Assembly (NCBI GenBank): GCA_030689795.1
Contig: JAUYEO010000182.1
Span: forward strand, 1 to 48,087
Length of the DNA: 48,087 nucleotides
From: Desulfobacterales bacterium
Lineage (GTDB): Bacteria; Desulfobacterota; Desulfobacteria; Desulfobacterales; RPRI01
Direction of reading: 5' to 3'
Shown in pieces: positions 46,140 through 48,087 of the stretch. The notes beneath the pieces are model-generated. The model was not told where the DNA came from. It saw nothing but the letters and a program-made list of their open reading frames with translations, and searched no databases. The position numbers and the translations under genes were made by a program. Position 1 is the first letter of the stretch, and the number at the start of each line of letters is the position of its first letter.

Positions 46140-47174
46140 TCAGACGTTGAAGCGGAAGTTTATGATATCCCCGTCCTGCACCAGGTAAGTCTTGCCTTCA
46201 AGCCTTACCGTCCCTCTTTTCCTTGCTTCCTGGTAGGTTCCGGCATCCATCAGGTCTTTGTATGAAACAACTTCCGCGCGGATAAATCCTTTTTTAATGT
46301 CCGAATGAATCACCTCGGCGGCATCGAGCGCTTTAGTTTCTTTTTTGATTGTCCATGCCCTTACCTCATCTTCGCCGACAGTGAAAAACGAGACGAGACC
46401 CAGAAGCTCATAAGATTTTTTTATCACCCTTTCCCTTGCGGATTCTTTTATGCCGTATTCGGATAGAAAATCGCCCGCCTCCTCAGGGGTCATGCGTGAA
46501 AGCTCCTGCTCCAGTTTTCCCCTTATGACCATGCGCTCTTCTCTTGTCATAAGCTCCTGCACCTCAGGAAATCCTGCATCATCATCGTTATTGTTGAACA
46601 GAACAAGCTCCGGTTTCGCCGACACGAAAGCAAAACCCCTTAAAACCTGTGCGGATGCTATTTCAGGGGTTCTTCTTAAGGGAATCTCTTTTTCAAGGTT
46701 TTCAAGGCAGGTCATAAGAAGGGTGAGCTCCTCCTGATCCGTTTTTTTTCCTCTTTTTTTGTCGGTTTCAAGGCGCTCTATGCGTTTTTCAACCGTAACC
46801 AGGTCCGCAAGAATAAGTTCCTGATCAAGGCTTAGAAAGTCTTTATAAGGCGCTGGAGCCGCAAGTCCGTATCCGGAAAAATTCCTTACAACATGTATCA
46901 GGGCATCGCAGTCTCTAACCGGTGTCCATATATTTTGATCTTTCTTTGCCTCACTTTTCTGCGAGTGAATCGCGGGAAGATAATATTCCACCTTTGCGAA
47001 AATGGTTTTTACGGGTTTATACATATCCGACAGAACCTCAACACGGCTGTCAGGCACTTCTATTGTTCCTATGCGGTTTTCAACCTTGTGTCCTTCTTCC
47101 TGAACATTCTGGGTAAGAGCTTCAAATATAGTTGATTTTCCTGCTCCGGAAAGACCGGTAATGCCCAGTTTCAT
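46140..47174 (-). CDS. ychF: YchF/Obg-like ATPase family protein (DUF933), divergent
   Basis: GLSGAGKST, VPDSRV, DALIHVVR, FFTVGEDEVRAW, IHSDIKKGFIRAEV, RLEGKTYLVQDGDII. Confidence 0.88.
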   Translation of the reverse strand: MKLGITGLSGAGKSTIFEALTQNVQEEGHKVENRIGTIEVPDSRVEVLSDMYKPVKTIFAKVEYYLPAIHSQKSEAKKDQNIWTPVRDCDALIHVVRNFSGYGLAAPAPYKDFLSLDQELILADLVTVEKRIERLETDKKRGKKTDQEELTLLMTCLENLEKEIPLRRTPEIASAQVLRGFAFVSAKPELVLFNNNDDDAGFPEVQELMTREERMVIRGKLEQELSRMTPEEAGDFLSEYGIKESARERVIKKSYELLGLVSFFTVGEDEVRAWTIKKETKALDAAEVIHSDIKKGFIRAEVVSYKDLMDAGTYQEARKRGTVRLEGKTYLVQDGDIINFRFNV

Positions 47175-47207
47175 ATAATTACTTTCCTGAAAGTGTTAAA
47201 TTTGTTA

Positions 47208-47246
47208 AAGGGTTCGAGGATTCAAGGATTCCAGGGTTCGAGTGAA
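47208..47246 (+). repeat. Short tandem 8-mer repeat (x4)
   Basis: AAGGGTTC GAGGATTC AAGGATTC CAGGGTTC GAGTGAA. Confidence 0.75.
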
Positions 47247-47265
47247 AAAAGACGAAAATATGTTT

Positions 47266-47727
47266 TCAAGCGCCGTTTCTGGGAATAAGAGTTCTTAAAA
47301 CGTCTTCCTTCCCCACTATTCCGACAAGTTTTCCTTCATCTACGACCGGAAGCGTGTGAAAATTGTTATCGACCATCAGTGCGGCTACAACCTCTATCAG
47401 GGTATCGGATCTCACAGTTACCGGATTTGATGTCATTGCATGCGAAACAGTTGTGGCGGCAATTTTCTGAACCTCTTTTTCAAGGTTCTTCATTGAAGAA
47501 AGAGAGATAAAACCATCAAGAAAGGAAAAAAAAGATGGAATAGGAAGTTTTTTCTGCTGTGCAATTACGTCGCTCTGGCAGATAATCCCAACGAGTTTTT
47601 CGTTTTTGTCAATTACCGGAATACCATTAATATGGTTTTCAAGAAGGAGTTTTGTGGCATAGGTAATTTCAGTTTCTGGGGAAACTGAAATTATGTCTGT
47701 TTTCATTATGTCTTTAACTGTCAGCAT
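47266..47727 (-). CDS. CBS domain pair protein
   Basis: MLTVKDIMKTDIISVSPET...INGIPVID...LVGII; AMTSNPVTV...LPVVDEGKLVGIV; start reassigned to 47727. Confidence 0.92.
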   Translation of the reverse strand: MLTVKDIMKTDIISVSPETEITYATKLLLENHINGIPVIDKNEKLVGIICQSDVIAQQKKLPIPSFFSFLDGFISLSSMKNLEKEVQKIAATTVSHAMTSNPVTVRSDTLIEVVAALMVDNNFHTLPVVDEGKLVGIVGKEDVLRTLIPRNGA

Positions 47728-47810
47728 GTTTTTCCTTATAAGTCTTATAATGGAATCCGGTTTACAAAGCTGGTTAGTGTCCATCCGTAAACAAATTTTG
47801 GACACAGGTG

Positions 47811-47952
47811 AGTTTCCAATCAGGAAATCGGCAATTTTGGGCAAGCTCAAGGAAATCAAGGGATTGCGCTTAAGGCGTACGCTATGTATGCCGCACAAGT
47901 AATCCCGCAGATTGACGCCGAGATCGCTCAAAAGGGCCATTTCCGAATGGGT
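47811..47952 (+). repeat. Dispersed repeat family B, near-complete MITE/REP-like copy
   Basis: Imperfect nested inverted repeats (CCAATCAGGAAAT...ATTTCCGAATGG; TCAAGGGATTGC...GTAATCCCGCAGATTGA); partial copy at 42642. Confidence 0.7.
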
Positions 47953-48087
47953 TAAGTATATTGGGGTAATGATATTAAGTCAAGAAAGAAGCCAACATCT
48001 TAAATTCATGTATTATTTACTGTTGCCTGGAAAGCCCCAGTTTATCAAGTAAATTGCCGGCGGAACTAAAAGCAATAGATGAAGGCG

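Overview
AT-rich bacterial chromosome segment. Gene content and order (lpxC-DUF4390-ntrY-ntrX-rsmD-coaD-lysR-nrdJ, serS-thrC-pilF, HTH-pilMNOPQ, DUF362, DUF3786, DsrE-like) point to a Desulfobacterota/deltaproteobacterium; this is inference only. (1) 1-11.8 kb is accessory. It holds four type II toxin-antitoxin pairs and other small minus-strand genes separated by degenerate attC-like hairpins, plus two copies of a ~150-170 bp attI/promoter-like element whose similarity stops at a GTT core. This looks like a decayed integron array with no integrase in the window. Interleaved is a cysteine-rich stress locus: ArsR, an unannotated CGCGC peptide, a CopD-like protein, an ECF sigma factor and two DUF3795 paralogues. 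(2) 11.8-38.7 kb is mostly housekeeping plus type IV pilus/competence genes, with a tandem NrdR-box-like pair upstream of the pilM operon. (3) 38.8-42.6 kb is a tightly coupled operon: SAM methyltransferase, isoprenyl-diphosphate-synthase-fold enzyme, LolC/E- and LolD-like ABC components, and a diheme cytochrome c lipoprotein. (4) Several internally deleted gene relics and short repeat families are scattered through the intergenic DNA. All calls are by-eye motif recognition; no database searches were run.
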